The notes beneath the pieces are model-generated. The model was not told where the DNA came from. It worked only from the letters and a program-made list of their open reading frames with translations, and did not search any database. Of a stretch of 64,000 nt of DNA, positions 1-9,619 are shown piece by piece; the stretch's first letter is position 1; the number at the start of each line of letters is the position of its first letter. The stretch lies in assembly GCA_902796325.1 (NCBI GenBank), contig CADBOM010000150.1:2850-66849 (forward strand), written 5' to 3'. The stretch is from an uncultured Coriobacteriaceae bacterium (GTDB taxonomy: Bacteria; Actinomycetota; Coriobacteriia; Coriobacteriales; CADBOM01). The translations under genes and the position numbers were made by a program.

Positions 1-42
1 AATCTTTGAAAGACGCGGCAAAAAGCAGGCTAAACGAGATTA

Positions 43-894
43 CTAAGCGAGATTGATTGAGTTTTTGCGCTTGAGCCGGATGCCCACGATGGCGAGCGCC
101 GCGCAGGCAACGGCTATCAATATTCCCCAAAACACGCCCATTGCCTCCCAAAAAGGTTGGGGAAGAGAGCAAATCAGAAGAGAATCGTAGCTGAAAAGCC
201 AGCTTCCCGACGAGAAAAAGAGCGAGTGCAGAAGATTGAATAGGTCGTAGAAATCTATCGCCGCCGCAAGCCCCACCACAACTGCCACTGCGATGACTAT
301 ACAGGCGCAGGAAATCATCGAGCGGGCAATCAGTCTTTTGAAGGGAAGTCCCCGATGTTCGTCATTGGAGCCGCATCGCACGGAAAGCCCTCGGGGTTCG
401 TCATTGGAACCGCGTCGCGCGACATCCCGAACATCATGTTCTCGAGTCACCCTCTCTTTCCTGCAAATTGCATAGAGCGCCAGGATGGCAATGGCCAGAG
501 CCACCGCGCCAATGCAGAACGCCACCTTTGTGCCGCTGAAGAAAGCGGTGACATCGTCGAGATGCGACATGACATTCGGAGTGAATTGCGTCCTCTCGTT
601 ACTGCCTAAAGGCAGCTGGGCGTTGGGATCCGCGTTGCAGTAGGCAAGGGTTTGGCATGCGATGTTCACAAGATAGTCGTGGTCCATTGGGGACAAATCG
701 TCTTCGACACCCCAAGACGCGAATACCTGGGTGGGAACAGGAGTCAAAAGCAGCTGGAAAGTTCCCGTTATTACAACGACGCTCATTGCCACGGCCACCA
801 CGACAGCCATAATGCTTTGTAGCACCGTTGCTTTCCTGCGCGCGAAATTGGATCTAGACTTCCCATCTTCGGCGATGTCGTTGCCCTTTGCCAA
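43..894 (-). CDS. TIGR01906/DUF1461-family integral membrane protein (Lit-like), tentative
   Basis: 283 aa ORF. N-terminal TM segment, then an extracytoplasmic region with an F-x-P-N-V-M-S-H-L-D-D-V-x-x-F-F stretch resembling the E-x-x-HM-x-DV signature of this family, then about 3 C-terminal TM segments. Its start abuts the truA stop at 894/895. Confidence 0.5.
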   Translation of the reverse strand: MAKGNDIAEDGKSRSNFARRKATVLQSIMAVVVAVAMSVVVITGTFQLLLTPVPTQVFASWGVEDDLSPMDHDYLVNIACQTLAYCNADPNAQLPLGSNERTQFTPNVMSHLDDVTAFFSGTKVAFCIGAVALAIAILALYAICRKERVTREHDVRDVARRGSNDEPRGLSVRCGSNDEHRGLPFKRLIARSMISCACIVIAVAVVVGLAAAIDFYDLFNLLHSLFFSSGSWLFSYDSLLICSLPQPFWEAMGVFWGILIAVACAALAIVGIRLKRKNSINLA

Positions 895-1746
895 CTAGTC
901 CTCCTGATTAGAATCGGCGAACAAATTTGGAAGCCCCTTGTATTCAACATGCCAAAATACAAGGCCATTTGCAGGTGCAGTGGGGCCCGCAGCCCTTCTA
1001 TCGCATTTTTCTATGACATTTTGAACCCAATTTGGGTCTCGCCTGCCACTACCGACCTCGACGAGAGTGCCAACCATTGTGCGGACCATGGAATGCAGGA
1101 AAGCCGTGCCAACAACTCTCACAACAATGCCGTTCTCTCCCATCACGCTCTCATTGTAGACGTCGATGGAATTGACGCGCCGCACCGTGTTCTTCCCAAC
1201 GGCAGACAGGGCAACGCAAAACGACTTGAAGTCGTGCTCCCCCTCCATGTATTTGGCTGCCAACGACATTGCCTCGATATCGAGGTTTCTCGAGGATTTT
1301 ACCCACCAGGTGAAGGGACTGGTTAGCATTGGCCTATTGTTACCATAGGTTAGCCTGTACCTATATTCTCGCCAATCGGCATCGAACCTCGCCGAAAACC
1401 CTCGGGGTACGACAACCACCTTCTTCACGAACACGCCATCGTGCGTGAGGGCGTTGATAGACCTGGCAAGACTTCGCAGCGTTCTGTCCGACAGCTCGCG
1501 ATCGAAAAGCTCTGCGCTGACAACCTGCCCTATAGCATGGACGCCAGCATCGGTTCTGCCGGCACACACAGTTGGAACATCTCTCCTGAATATTATTCGA
1601 AGAGCGTTTTCCAACTCGCCCTGGACAGTCAGGAGTCCCTCCTGCTTCGCATAGCCGCAAAATGGCTCGCCATCATACGACACCAACATTGCTATGGAGA
1701 CTGTTTGCACAGATAATCCGGCAGTTATGTTGTCTGAATCCACCAA
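895..1746 (-). CDS. truA: tRNA pseudouridine(38-40) synthase TruA
   Basis: 283 aa. Catalytic-Asp motif CAGRTDAGVHA and a TruA-typical YRYRL segment. Confidence 0.9.
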   Translation of the reverse strand: MVDSDNITAGLSVQTVSIAMLVSYDGEPFCGYAKQEGLLTVQGELENALRIIFRRDVPTVCAGRTDAGVHAIGQVVSAELFDRELSDRTLRSLARSINALTHDGVFVKKVVVVPRGFSARFDADWREYRYRLTYGNNRPMLTSPFTWWVKSSRNLDIEAMSLAAKYMEGEHDFKSFCVALSAVGKNTVRRVNSIDVYNESVMGENGIVVRVVGTAFLHSMVRTMVGTLVEVGSGRRDPNWVQNVIEKCDRRAAGPTAPANGLVFWHVEYKGLPNLFADSNQED

Positions 1747-1872
1747 GTGAACATCAACCCATCACAATTTCTCAACAAATAGGGAGCATACTAGTACATG
1801 CTTAAGGATATAACTTAACGTTTGCAGGCAGTAGCAGATAGTGGACTTCCTTAGCAGATATCCCCCCCTTAT

Positions 1873-1915
1873 AAGGATGATTCGGATGGCGAACCGAATC
1901 ATCCTTGCTTTTTAT
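1873..1915 (+). terminator. Orphan intrinsic-terminator-like hairpin between truA and panD
   Basis: Perfect 13 bp stem aaggatgattcgg / ccgaatcatcctt (1873-1885 / 1894-1906), 8 nt loop, followed by GCTTTTTAT on the + strand. There is no + strand CDS upstream. Confidence 0.6.
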
Positions 1916-2032
1916 GGGCGTTTAACCAACACGCGGCGTATAATCTGATACCCAAACACACCTGAACACCAAGTTCAAGGCCTTCCAGTCCAAGATATTT
2001 TTGGCGTATAACCCTTGAAGGGAAGACAATCG

Positions 2033-2383
2033 ATGCAGCTGAGCATGCTTAAATCCAAAATCCATAGAGCAACGGTAACGGACGCAAACGTAAATTACGT
2101 GGGCAGCATTACCATAGATTCCGACCTCATGGAGAAATCCGGCATATACGAATGGGAAAAGGTGCTCGTTGCAGACGTGAATAATGGCGCAAGGCTTGAG
2201 ACCTATGTAATTCCGGGAGAGCCTGGGTCCGGATGCATATGCCTTAACGGCGCGGCTGCGAAATGCTGCAGCGTGGGCGATACCGTTATCATCATGGCTT
2301 TTGGACTTGTCGACGAGGCTGAGGCAAAGAACTTCCAGCCGACAATCGTGATAGTGAACAAAGACAATATGCCTGTTGAATAA
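2033..2383 (+). CDS. panD: Aspartate 1-decarboxylase proenzyme
   Basis: [29 protein letters not shown] matches the PanD N-terminus, including the Gly-Ser self-cleavage site. I prefer the start at 2033 over the ORF-track start at 2015. Confidence 0.9.
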   Translation: MQLSMLKSKIHRATVTDANVNYVGSITIDSDLMEKSGIYEWEKVLVADVNNGARLETYVIPGEPGSGCICLNGAAAKCCSVGDTVIIMAFGLVDEAEAKNFQPTIVIVNKDNMPVE

Positions 2384-2435
2384 ACAATCTGGTGACGTTT
2401 GGGCCACGAAGAGCGAAGACAACGCTTGAATCAAC

Positions 2436-2480
2436 AAAAAAGCATGCGCCACGCGCGGAGTGCACGTGGCGCATTTTCAT
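2436..2480. terminator. Bidirectional terminator between panD and the convergent operon
   Basis: Stem atgcgccacg / cgtggcgcat (2444-2453 / 2465-2474), flanked by an A-run upstream and TTTTC downstream. Confidence 0.65.
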
Positions 2481-2556
2481 TGGAATGTGTATTTACAGCG
2501 TAATCCCACGCAAAAGCGCATGACTACTGCTTCTGAAAATCAGAATCGTTAACCCT

Positions 2557-3594
2557 TTAAGCCTCTGGATCTAGGAAATTTCCCCTTACTTCATCCGCGT
2601 CCAGTTTGTTAACGCTGCGAGGGACAATCTGAAACGCCAGAGTATCCTCGTACACAAGCGGAGTCCTGCACTCGAAGAAGATGACTCCCCCATTAGGTGC
2701 GGTAATGGATTCCTTCACCTCGCCGCGCAGTGGGTCCATCACCTGAGCGATTACATCTCCCCCCGCCACGATGTCCCCCAGTTTTACCAGAGGCCTGAAG
2801 AAGCCTCCGCAACCTGCCTGCACCGGAACGAGCGCTTGCTCGCTGAACTCCGTTGAGAGAAACCCTCCGTGACCCGGGTAGTCTATGATGCCCCTGTTGT
2901 TCATAAAGCGCAGCAGCGCCCTGTCCATAAGATCGGCTGCTTCGTAATCTAGCGTTTTGGTTTCCATGGTATAGAGCGTGTACGCTTCGGTATCCCATAG
3001 ACGCCAGTTGTAATGCAGGGTCGTGGTGTCGAAAGAGCCAGGCACATGCCTTAGCACATAGGGCAGGCCAAAGTCTGCGCCGTGATTATCCTGGAGGCCA
3101 ACTCCCACCATTATGCGGGCATGGGGCAGGTAGTTTCCCTCAAGATAGTAGCTCGAGAGATGAACACCATACGAAAAACCCTGACCTTCTTCGAACACTC
3201 CCGCGGCAATACGCTGCGTGGTCTCGCCTTTGTCGTATCCGGGCATCATGCGGTTTACATCCGTGTTGTCGCCAACCCAGAACCTCTTGCGTATGTTCAT
3301 GGACGCAGTATTCACGCAGGGAACCACGGCGATCAGCTTGTTCGGAACAAGGTTCCCCCGCTCTTCGATCCTGCGAAGCTTGTGCACCAGGTTCGCGCAT
3401 ATGAATGTTTGCTGCACTTCGTCGCCGCGTATTCCGCCAACAACGCAAATTGCCTTTTCGAATCCCTTGATGTCACCTATCCCCAGCTCGTCTCCAAGCT
3501 TGCACCCTTGGTCATCCATGCCAAACAGAAATGCCTTGACCTCTAGGTTGTCACGATACGGAAGAGGCGTGGAGAAAACCGTCTTTTCTAGCAT
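2557..3594 (-). CDS. AstE/AspA (succinylglutamate desuccinylase/aspartoacylase, M14-like) family protein with degenerate metal motif
   Basis: 345 aa paralogue of the upstream gene. The position of the H-x-x-E zinc motif reads GGIRGDEVQQ, with Arg in place of His. Confidence 0.65.
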   Translation of the reverse strand: MLEKTVFSTPLPYRDNLEVKAFLFGMDDQGCKLGDELGIGDIKGFEKAICVVGGIRGDEVQQTFICANLVHKLRRIEERGNLVPNKLIAVVPCVNTASMNIRKRFWVGDNTDVNRMMPGYDKGETTQRIAAGVFEEGQGFSYGVHLSSYYLEGNYLPHARIMVGVGLQDNHGADFGLPYVLRHVPGSFDTTTLHYNWRLWDTEAYTLYTMETKTLDYEAADLMDRALLRFMNNRGIIDYPGHGGFLSTEFSEQALVPVQAGCGGFFRPLVKLGDIVAGGDVIAQVMDPLRGEVKESITAPNGGVIFFECRTPLVYEDTLAFQIVPRSVNKLDADEVRGNFLDPEA

Positions 3595-3600
3595 GACCCG

Positions 3601-4605
3601 CTACCTCCCCTCTTCCGGGCTGCAAGAATTGTCGAATGTAGCCCCATCGGCAATCGGAGCTTGCGAATTCTTGCTGAGAACCCTTGCAATAAGAGACCCT
3701 GGATACACGATGGGATATTCCCTTAGAGTGAACAACAGACCATCCGACGGACTTCTCATTTCCTGCAAGCAAGACCCAGTTGCAGGATCTAGAATTCGCC
3801 CTACAACCTGCCCTTTCCTAACATTTGCATCATGATATGCAGCTGGCATGAAGAGTCCCGCTTGGTCTGCATTCAGGAATCCCACCTCTCCGTCGGTACT
3901 CACAATCGGCTTTCTAACGGGATTTACCGGACCCGACCATATTCCAGCTATTTTCATCAGGTTCATTATTCCATCCGCTAGCTGCAATCCATACTCCTCG
4001 GTAATTCGCATTCCGACACCCATCTCTACTACAAGCGTTGGAGTGTCGAGCGCATTGAGGCTATAAGCCAGCGTTCCCTTTAGCACGGTTGCATTTGCAT
4101 GAACCCAAACGAAATCGACATTAGCCTCCATGGCCCATGGAACCAGTTTCTCGGCTGTGATTTCGTTGATTCGAATTTGCGGAAGCTCTCTTAAGTAAAT
4201 GTTGCTCGCATGAATATCGAGGCATATGGTGGCGCCTTTGATGTCGTTTATGATGTCCGCCGCTATGGACTCATAAGGCGATGCGCCGTTGTGTCCCGGA
4301 AAAACACGGTTCATATCGAGGTCGAACTGCGGAATTCCACGAGAAATCGTACCGATGCCAAGAGGGTTTAGAGCAGGATAGATATCTACTATTCCGGTGA
4401 GATGCTCAGGATGTTCGCCCACCCTTCTTGCAACCTCGTAGCATGCGAACTGGCCTTCGAGCTCGTCACCATGAATGCCGGTGATAACGCATATGCGGGG
4501 AAGATCCTGGCTATCTTCGTCTGCTCCGAGAGGAACAATGCGGTTTTTCACTACTTTAAGGTGCTCATCAAAGCCCATCTCGTAGCTCGATACGGTATGC
4601 ATCAT
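3601..4605 (-). CDS. AstE/AspA family zinc deacylase-like protein
   Basis: 334 aa. GIHGDELEG (H-x-x-E zinc motif) and a later LDIHAS His. Its start overlaps the upstream stop by 4 nt (ATGA). Confidence 0.7.
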   Translation of the reverse strand: MMHTVSSYEMGFDEHLKVVKNRIVPLGADEDSQDLPRICVITGIHGDELEGQFACYEVARRVGEHPEHLTGIVDIYPALNPLGIGTISRGIPQFDLDMNRVFPGHNGASPYESIAADIINDIKGATICLDIHASNIYLRELPQIRINEITAEKLVPWAMEANVDFVWVHANATVLKGTLAYSLNALDTPTLVVEMGVGMRITEEYGLQLADGIMNLMKIAGIWSGPVNPVRKPIVSTDGEVGFLNADQAGLFMPAAYHDANVRKGQVVGRILDPATGSCLQEMRSPSDGLLFTLREYPIVYPGSLIARVLSKNSQAPIADGATFDNSCSPEEGR

Positions 4606-5387
4606 TGCTCTTCGTGCTCCTTAACCACCATGTTTACAATCTGCGTTTGGTTTGCCAAGCCTATGAACGACCCGCTTTCGATGGGGCAATCGGACCAGTC
4701 TCTACCAACAGCCAGCGGTATATATTCCTCGTTGACAAGCTGATCTCTGGTGGGGTCGAAGCCATGCCAGAATCCGCCGATATTGGCTTCCACCCAAGCA
4801 TGGGTCTCGCCCTCGCCATATGCCAACCCGCTAACGTAGCGGACCGGAACACCCATAAGCCTCATGATCGATATCGTGATATGCGCGAAGTCCTGGCAAA
4901 CCCCGCTCCTCTTGGAAAATGCCTCCGCTGCCGTGGTGTGCACATTTGTGCTCCCCGGAACGTATTCCATCTCCTTATGAACAGCATGCATGATCTCGGT
5001 GCAAAGGGATGCATCTGCAGATGTTATTGTTCCGAACGCTTCCCTCGCAAAAGACTCTATTCCTTCATCTGGCCTTGTGAGACTCGATGGATATCGAAAC
5101 AGCGCATGGGGCTCTTCCGCCTTGGCGCAAGTTAAATCTATCTCGACGGTACCATGGCTCCCATATTCAAAATGATCGTGATCACCAACCAGAGAGCCAA
5201 CAGATAAGGTGTTTCCAAGACCGTCCGTTTGCTTGGACAGATGACATATGGGATCAGTTACCACTTCTGCAGAATGCACACGCAATACACTGCTTGTACG
5301 CGGAAGACAGCGCAAAACAAAATAGTGGTCATGCACTGGCTCGCTAAAAGCAATGCGCGTGGAAAAATCGAAGTCGAGCATCTTCAA
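4602..5387 (-). CDS. Transglutaminase-like cysteine protease/transamidase family protein
   Basis: 261 aa. GVCQDFAH (Cys), THAWVE (His) and GFDPT (Asp) are in the order expected for the transglutaminase core. N-terminal region resembles Bact_transglu_N. Confidence 0.8.
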   Translation of the reverse strand: MKMLDFDFSTRIAFSEPVHDHYFVLRCLPRTSSVLRVHSAEVVTDPICHLSKQTDGLGNTLSVGSLVGDHDHFEYGSHGTVEIDLTCAKAEEPHALFRYPSSLTRPDEGIESFAREAFGTITSADASLCTEIMHAVHKEMEYVPGSTNVHTTAAEAFSKRSGVCQDFAHITISIMRLMGVPVRYVSGLAYGEGETHAWVEANIGGFWHGFDPTRDQLVNEEYIPLAVGRDWSDCPIESGSFIGLANQTQIVNMVVKEHEEQ

Positions 5388-5492
5388 AACCGGTGATTCC
5401 TCCTCTACTCGATTGCCCTAGCATATGCGAACGCGCGCAGCTTGATAGGCCGCGCGCGCTTCTCGTAAAGAATATGCTTCGGCGGGCCCAGC

Positions 5493-6170
5493 TTATACGT
5501 CGGGGAACAAGCCTTCGATGCAATCAAGCAGAATGAACCTGTTGTGAACCGGATCGGGGTTAGGTGCCAAATCCAGAAGTATCGTCAGGCGCTTTCCGTC
5601 ACGGCGCAGCGGCATATGCTGCATGCGGTAGTTGAGCATCGTTAGTTTGTCGCTTAGCTCGTCTAGTCGATAGTTAAGGCGAATGCTCATATCTATGGTT
5701 TCGACAATGCTGCCGCATTTCAGCGTATATCTGCTTGAAGATTCTAGCAGTGTTTCATCGATGCGGCCGCTGAACGCATAGAGATCGTCAACCACGTCGT
5801 CCAGCCCCAGAAGGGTAATACGCCCCTCTGCCATGGCCTCCATGGTGTTGGTTGCCATCTCGATGTAGGAAAGTGCTCCCGACGATATGGTGTCGCGCAG
5901 CATGATCGCGTTATCGTATGCGCAGTTCATATTGCTGATGATCGAATATGGATCTTCTTTATCTAGAATGAAACGGCGCGTGAAGTCTTCCGAGCTGGTA
6001 TATACATTGGGTATCTCGAGCTTCTGGCAGAAATCGACATAGTCGTAATCAGGTCCGTCGATTATCTGGTCGTAAACCTTTTCCAAGATATCGATTTCGA
6101 TCATGACGCGCGATGTGTACCGCCCGAGCCAGAACAGACGGTCGAGTTTATTTATTGCGAGAGAATCCAT
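5493..6170 (-). CDS. Alpha-E domain protein (DUF403)
   Basis: 225 aa. The N-terminal LDRLFWLGRYTSR matches the alpha-E signature. It overlaps the upstream ATP-grasp gene by 19 nt. Confidence 0.7.
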   Translation of the reverse strand: MDSLAINKLDRLFWLGRYTSRVMIEIDILEKVYDQIIDGPDYDYVDFCQKLEIPNVYTSSEDFTRRFILDKEDPYSIISNMNCAYDNAIMLRDTISSGALSYIEMATNTMEAMAEGRITLLGLDDVVDDLYAFSGRIDETLLESSSRYTLKCGSIVETIDMSIRLNYRLDELSDKLTMLNYRMQHMPLRRDGKRLTILLDLAPNPDPVHNRFILLDCIEGLFPDV

Positions 6171-7462
6171 GTGTCCTTAAACCCTCCTCCTTGACTCGAG
6201 TTTACGATCGCATTGCCGGCAATGGTGGAATAGCGAGTTAGACCACTTGGCCAGACCTTCGTCTCCTTGCCCGTTAGGACAAATGCTCGGAGGTCGGCTT
6301 TTCGCATGGCATCGCCCTCGGGGAGATGGACGGGCAGCTCCGTGAAATCTATTATCTCCTGGGCTATCCACCTTCGAGGATTGGCACTCACTTTATCGCG
6401 AAGCGTTTTCTGCTCCTCTTCGCTTAGCGAAGAAGCGAACACCACACCACACCCACCAGCCTCGGCGGTATCCTTGATAACCAGCTTCTCAAAGTTTTCC
6501 ATCACGTATTTGTAGTCGTCAGGATAGAACGGCAGATACGTTGGGGCATTGTGGAGCAAGGGTTTCTCCCCAAGATAGTATTCGACCATCTTGGGGACGA
6601 AATAATAGATGCCCTTATCATCGGCAATTCCATTGCCGGGAGCATTGATTATTGCAACATTGCCAGCACGATAAGCGCTCATCACATTGGGTATTCCAAT
6701 AACGCTCTCGGGCAGGAACGTTGTGGGATCGAGATATTCATCGCTAACCCTGCGGTATATTGCGCCTACACGCTGGCTGCGCTCATAGCTGCGATAGTAA
6801 ACGCGCTCGTCCTCTACGTACAGGTCTCCAGCCTCCGCCAAAACGGCACCCGTTTGCTCTGCAAGGTATGCATGCTCGAAATAAGCCGCGTTGTATCTGC
6901 CAGGCGTGAACACCACGTTAATACCGCCACAGTTCACGTTATCCATAACCTCGCGAAGCATTGCGCCGTAGTTGCGATTGTCGACGATCTTGTTTTTGCG
7001 GAAAGTATCTGGACTACACTTGCGGCAGATGCCACGCGATATGAGCGGATATGAAGCACCGCTCGGAATTCTTAGGTTGTCTTCCAGAACGAACCAATCT
7101 CCATCGCGGGATTGCACCATGTCGATGCCAGAAATATGACTATATATGTCTTTTGGAGGAGTGATTCCCACACACGGGGTTAGGTATCCCGGAGACGAGA
7201 AGACAAAATCTTCTGGGATAACACCGTCTTTGATAATCTCGCGATTTCCATAGACATCTTTGAGGAATGCATTCAGGGCATCTACTCTCTGAGACAAGCC
7301 CCGCTCTATCCCAGCCCAATCGTCTGCGTCTATAACACGAGCTATAGAATCGAATGGGAACAGACGTTCGTTGAACACTCCATTCTTATAGACACCGAAC
7401 TTTACTCCGTAGCGCGCTAGCTGGTCATTGATAAGCGCCACATGTGAAGCCAGACTATCCAT
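6152..7462 (-). CDS. Circularly permuted type-2 ATP-grasp protein (DUF404/DUF407)
   Basis: 436 aa. Its size, sequence character and position as first gene before alpha-E and transglutaminase match the conserved triad. Confidence 0.75.
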   Translation of the reverse strand: MDSLASHVALINDQLARYGVKFGVYKNGVFNERLFPFDSIARVIDADDWAGIERGLSQRVDALNAFLKDVYGNREIIKDGVIPEDFVFSSPGYLTPCVGITPPKDIYSHISGIDMVQSRDGDWFVLEDNLRIPSGASYPLISRGICRKCSPDTFRKNKIVDNRNYGAMLREVMDNVNCGGINVVFTPGRYNAAYFEHAYLAEQTGAVLAEAGDLYVEDERVYYRSYERSQRVGAIYRRVSDEYLDPTTFLPESVIGIPNVMSAYRAGNVAIINAPGNGIADDKGIYYFVPKMVEYYLGEKPLLHNAPTYLPFYPDDYKYVMENFEKLVIKDTAEAGGCGVVFASSLSEEEQKTLRDKVSANPRRWIAQEIIDFTELPVHLPEGDAMRKADLRAFVLTGKETKVWPSGLTRYSTIAGNAIVNSSQGGGFKDTWILSQ

Positions 7463-7635
7463 GAAACCTCCTCTTCGTGCGAAGGTATAAAACTCTATGT
7501 ATGCTCACGCGATTATTTTACAGTGGGCATTATTACCAATATGTAAAAGGCAGGCTAGTTGTTGTCAATTAGCTTGAAGAGAAACGCTAGAGACTTCAAA
7601 AGTCCTGTTAGAGAATGTAGAAGTTCTTCAAGCGC

Positions 7636-8181
7636 CTAATATTCGCTACGCTTGATTGCCTTAGAGGCTATAGTTGGAGAAAACCCCTTGGATAGTAGGT
7701 ATCTGTAGTGCGAAGCCCGCACGTCTTTTGCACTGGTATTGTGAGTTCTAAGCAAATCTACCGCACGAGCAATTTCCACGTCTTCTGAGAAATACTCTTC
7801 GGGATATCCCGACAGAATCTCGCAACTCACACCGCGGTTACCAAGTTCTATCTCTATCTTCTTTTGACCCCATCCAAGAGACTTTTTGGATGCGATGAAC
7901 ATTTCTGCATATCTGGCATCGTTAAGCAGCTTGGAGTTAACGGCATATTCTATGGTCTCGGATATGACAGAATCCTCGAAGCCAGCCTTTGACAGCTTTT
8001 CCCACATCATGGAAGTAGAGTAATCGCGCCCACCGACTAGCTTAAGCAGCTTTATCTTGCATTCTTTTGGTCCAAGCGGCTTTTGCTTTTTGGGGACACC
8101 TTTATTGCTGTCACGAGCATATCCATCCTCGGATCTGCCAGAAGACCCGAGGATGCCATTGTTTTTCGTATGAACCATCAT
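7636..8181 (-). CDS. recX: Recombination regulator RecX
   Basis: 181 aa, immediately downstream of recA. Helical-repeat sequence ending in YRYLLSKGF. Confidence 0.8.
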   Translation of the reverse strand: MMVHTKNNGILGSSGRSEDGYARDSNKGVPKKQKPLGPKECKIKLLKLVGGRDYSTSMMWEKLSKAGFEDSVISETIEYAVNSKLLNDARYAEMFIASKKSLGWGQKKIEIELGNRGVSCEILSGYPEEYFSEDVEIARAVDLLRTHNTSAKDVRASHYRYLLSKGFSPTIASKAIKRSEY

Positions 8182-8205
8182 GACTTGAGGCTTTACCAGT
8201 AAAAA

Positions 8206-9267
8206 CTAGTTGTCTTCGGACAGATCGACCTCTTCGATGTCGTCTGCTATAAGCCCTATGGCCTTGCGAACCAAAGTGTCAATTTCGTCTCTGAGATCGG
8301 GATTTGTGCGAAGGGTTTCCTTTGCTGCTTCTCTTCCCTGGCCCAATCTCTCATCGCCATACGTATACCAAGCACCGGACTTATTCACGATGCCTTCTTC
8401 AACAGCCATATCGAGAATGCAGCCCTCTTTCGAGATGCCCTCTCCATACATGAGATCGAATTCAGCCTGCCTGAATGGAGGTGCAACCTTGTTCTTTACG
8501 ACTTTGGCCCTACACCTGATTCCCACAGCCTGACCGTCTTTCTTAATGGTATCGGCACGCCTGATGTCGATACGCACGGATGCGAAGAACTTCAGGGCAC
8601 GTCCACCGGTAGTCGTCTCAGGGTTTCCGAACATCACGCCGATTTTCTCGCGAAGCTGGTTGATGAAGATGCACGTGGTATTGGATTTCGAAAGAGACCC
8701 CGCCAGTTTTCTCAAGGCCTGGCTCATCAGCCTTGCCTGAGCTCCAACGGTAAGGTCGCCAATCTCTCCCTCGATTTCGGCCTTTGGAACCAGAGCTGCC
8801 ACGGAGTCGACAACAACAGCATCTATCGCGCCAGAGCGAACCAAGATATCGCATATCTCCAATGCTTGCTCGCCTGTATCGGGCTGGGAGATAAGCACGT
8901 TGTCGATGTCCACGCCAATTCTTGCAGCATAGCCAGGATCCAGTGCATGCTCGGCATCGATGAACGCGACGGTGCCACCTGCTGCCTGAGCCTCGGCGAT
9001 TATCTGCAAAGCCAAAGTGGTTTTACCGCTTGACTCAGGACCATAGATTTCCACGATTCTTCCTCGAGGAACTCCGCCGATTCCTAGAGCAGCGTCGAGA
9101 GGGAGCGCACCGGTAGAGATGGCGCTTATCTCCATGTTGTTGCCGTCTTCGCCGAGCTTCATGATCGAGCCTTTTCCAAAACGCTTCTCGATCTGAGCTC
9201 TAGTAGACTCCAGAACCTTTTCCTTGTCCGTTGTATCAATCTGTTGGGATTGGCTGCTTTTCGCCAT
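8206..9267 (-). CDS. recA: Recombinase RecA
   Basis: 353 aa. Walker [13 protein letters not shown] and unambiguous RecA core sequence. Confidence 0.98.
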   Translation of the reverse strand: MAKSSQSQQIDTTDKEKVLESTRAQIEKRFGKGSIMKLGEDGNNMEISAISTGALPLDAALGIGGVPRGRIVEIYGPESSGKTTLALQIIAEAQAAGGTVAFIDAEHALDPGYAARIGVDIDNVLISQPDTGEQALEICDILVRSGAIDAVVVDSVAALVPKAEIEGEIGDLTVGAQARLMSQALRKLAGSLSKSNTTCIFINQLREKIGVMFGNPETTTGGRALKFFASVRIDIRRADTIKKDGQAVGIRCRAKVVKNKVAPPFRQAEFDLMYGEGISKEGCILDMAVEEGIVNKSGAWYTYGDERLGQGREAAKETLRTNPDLRDEIDTLVRKAIGLIADDIEEVDLSEDN

Positions 9268-9340
9268 CGGTGCCTCACAATCTAGTTGAAGCAGAGCCGT
9301 TCAATAAACGATCTGCATAATCTTCGGGTATAAGCATATG

Positions 9341-9354
9341 CGAACATATGTTCG
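9341..9354. promoter_or_regulatory. LexA (Cheo/SOS) box
   Basis: Perfect palindrome CGAACATATGTTCG, 74-87 nt upstream of the recA ATG. Matches CGAAC-N4-GTTCG. Confidence 0.85.
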
Positions 9355-9371
9355 TGGTCAAGCATTGTCAA
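9343..9371 (-). promoter_or_regulatory. recA promoter (TTGACA-17-TATGTT)
   Basis: Read on the minus strand, TTGACA (9371-9366), a 17 nt spacer, then TATGTT (9348-9343). The -10 element lies inside the LexA box. Confidence 0.6.
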
Positions 9372-9619
9372 AGTGAATTCGACGTCCAACTTCGAACAAA
9401 CCAAAAGATATCAGCAACACCTTGCCGGAAGGCTGCAGACAGCAAAACGGAATCTAAAAATATTCCCCGTTTATTCCAATTGAGATTAGAAAATTTTCCC
9501 CAGATTTCTAAACTGCGTTATTCCGGCCAGAAGCAAAGGCGTCCAAAGGCTGCACCGAAGGTATTGCACCGCAGGTACTGCCCCGCAGGTGCTACTTCGC
9601 CGGTATCATTCCGAAGACG

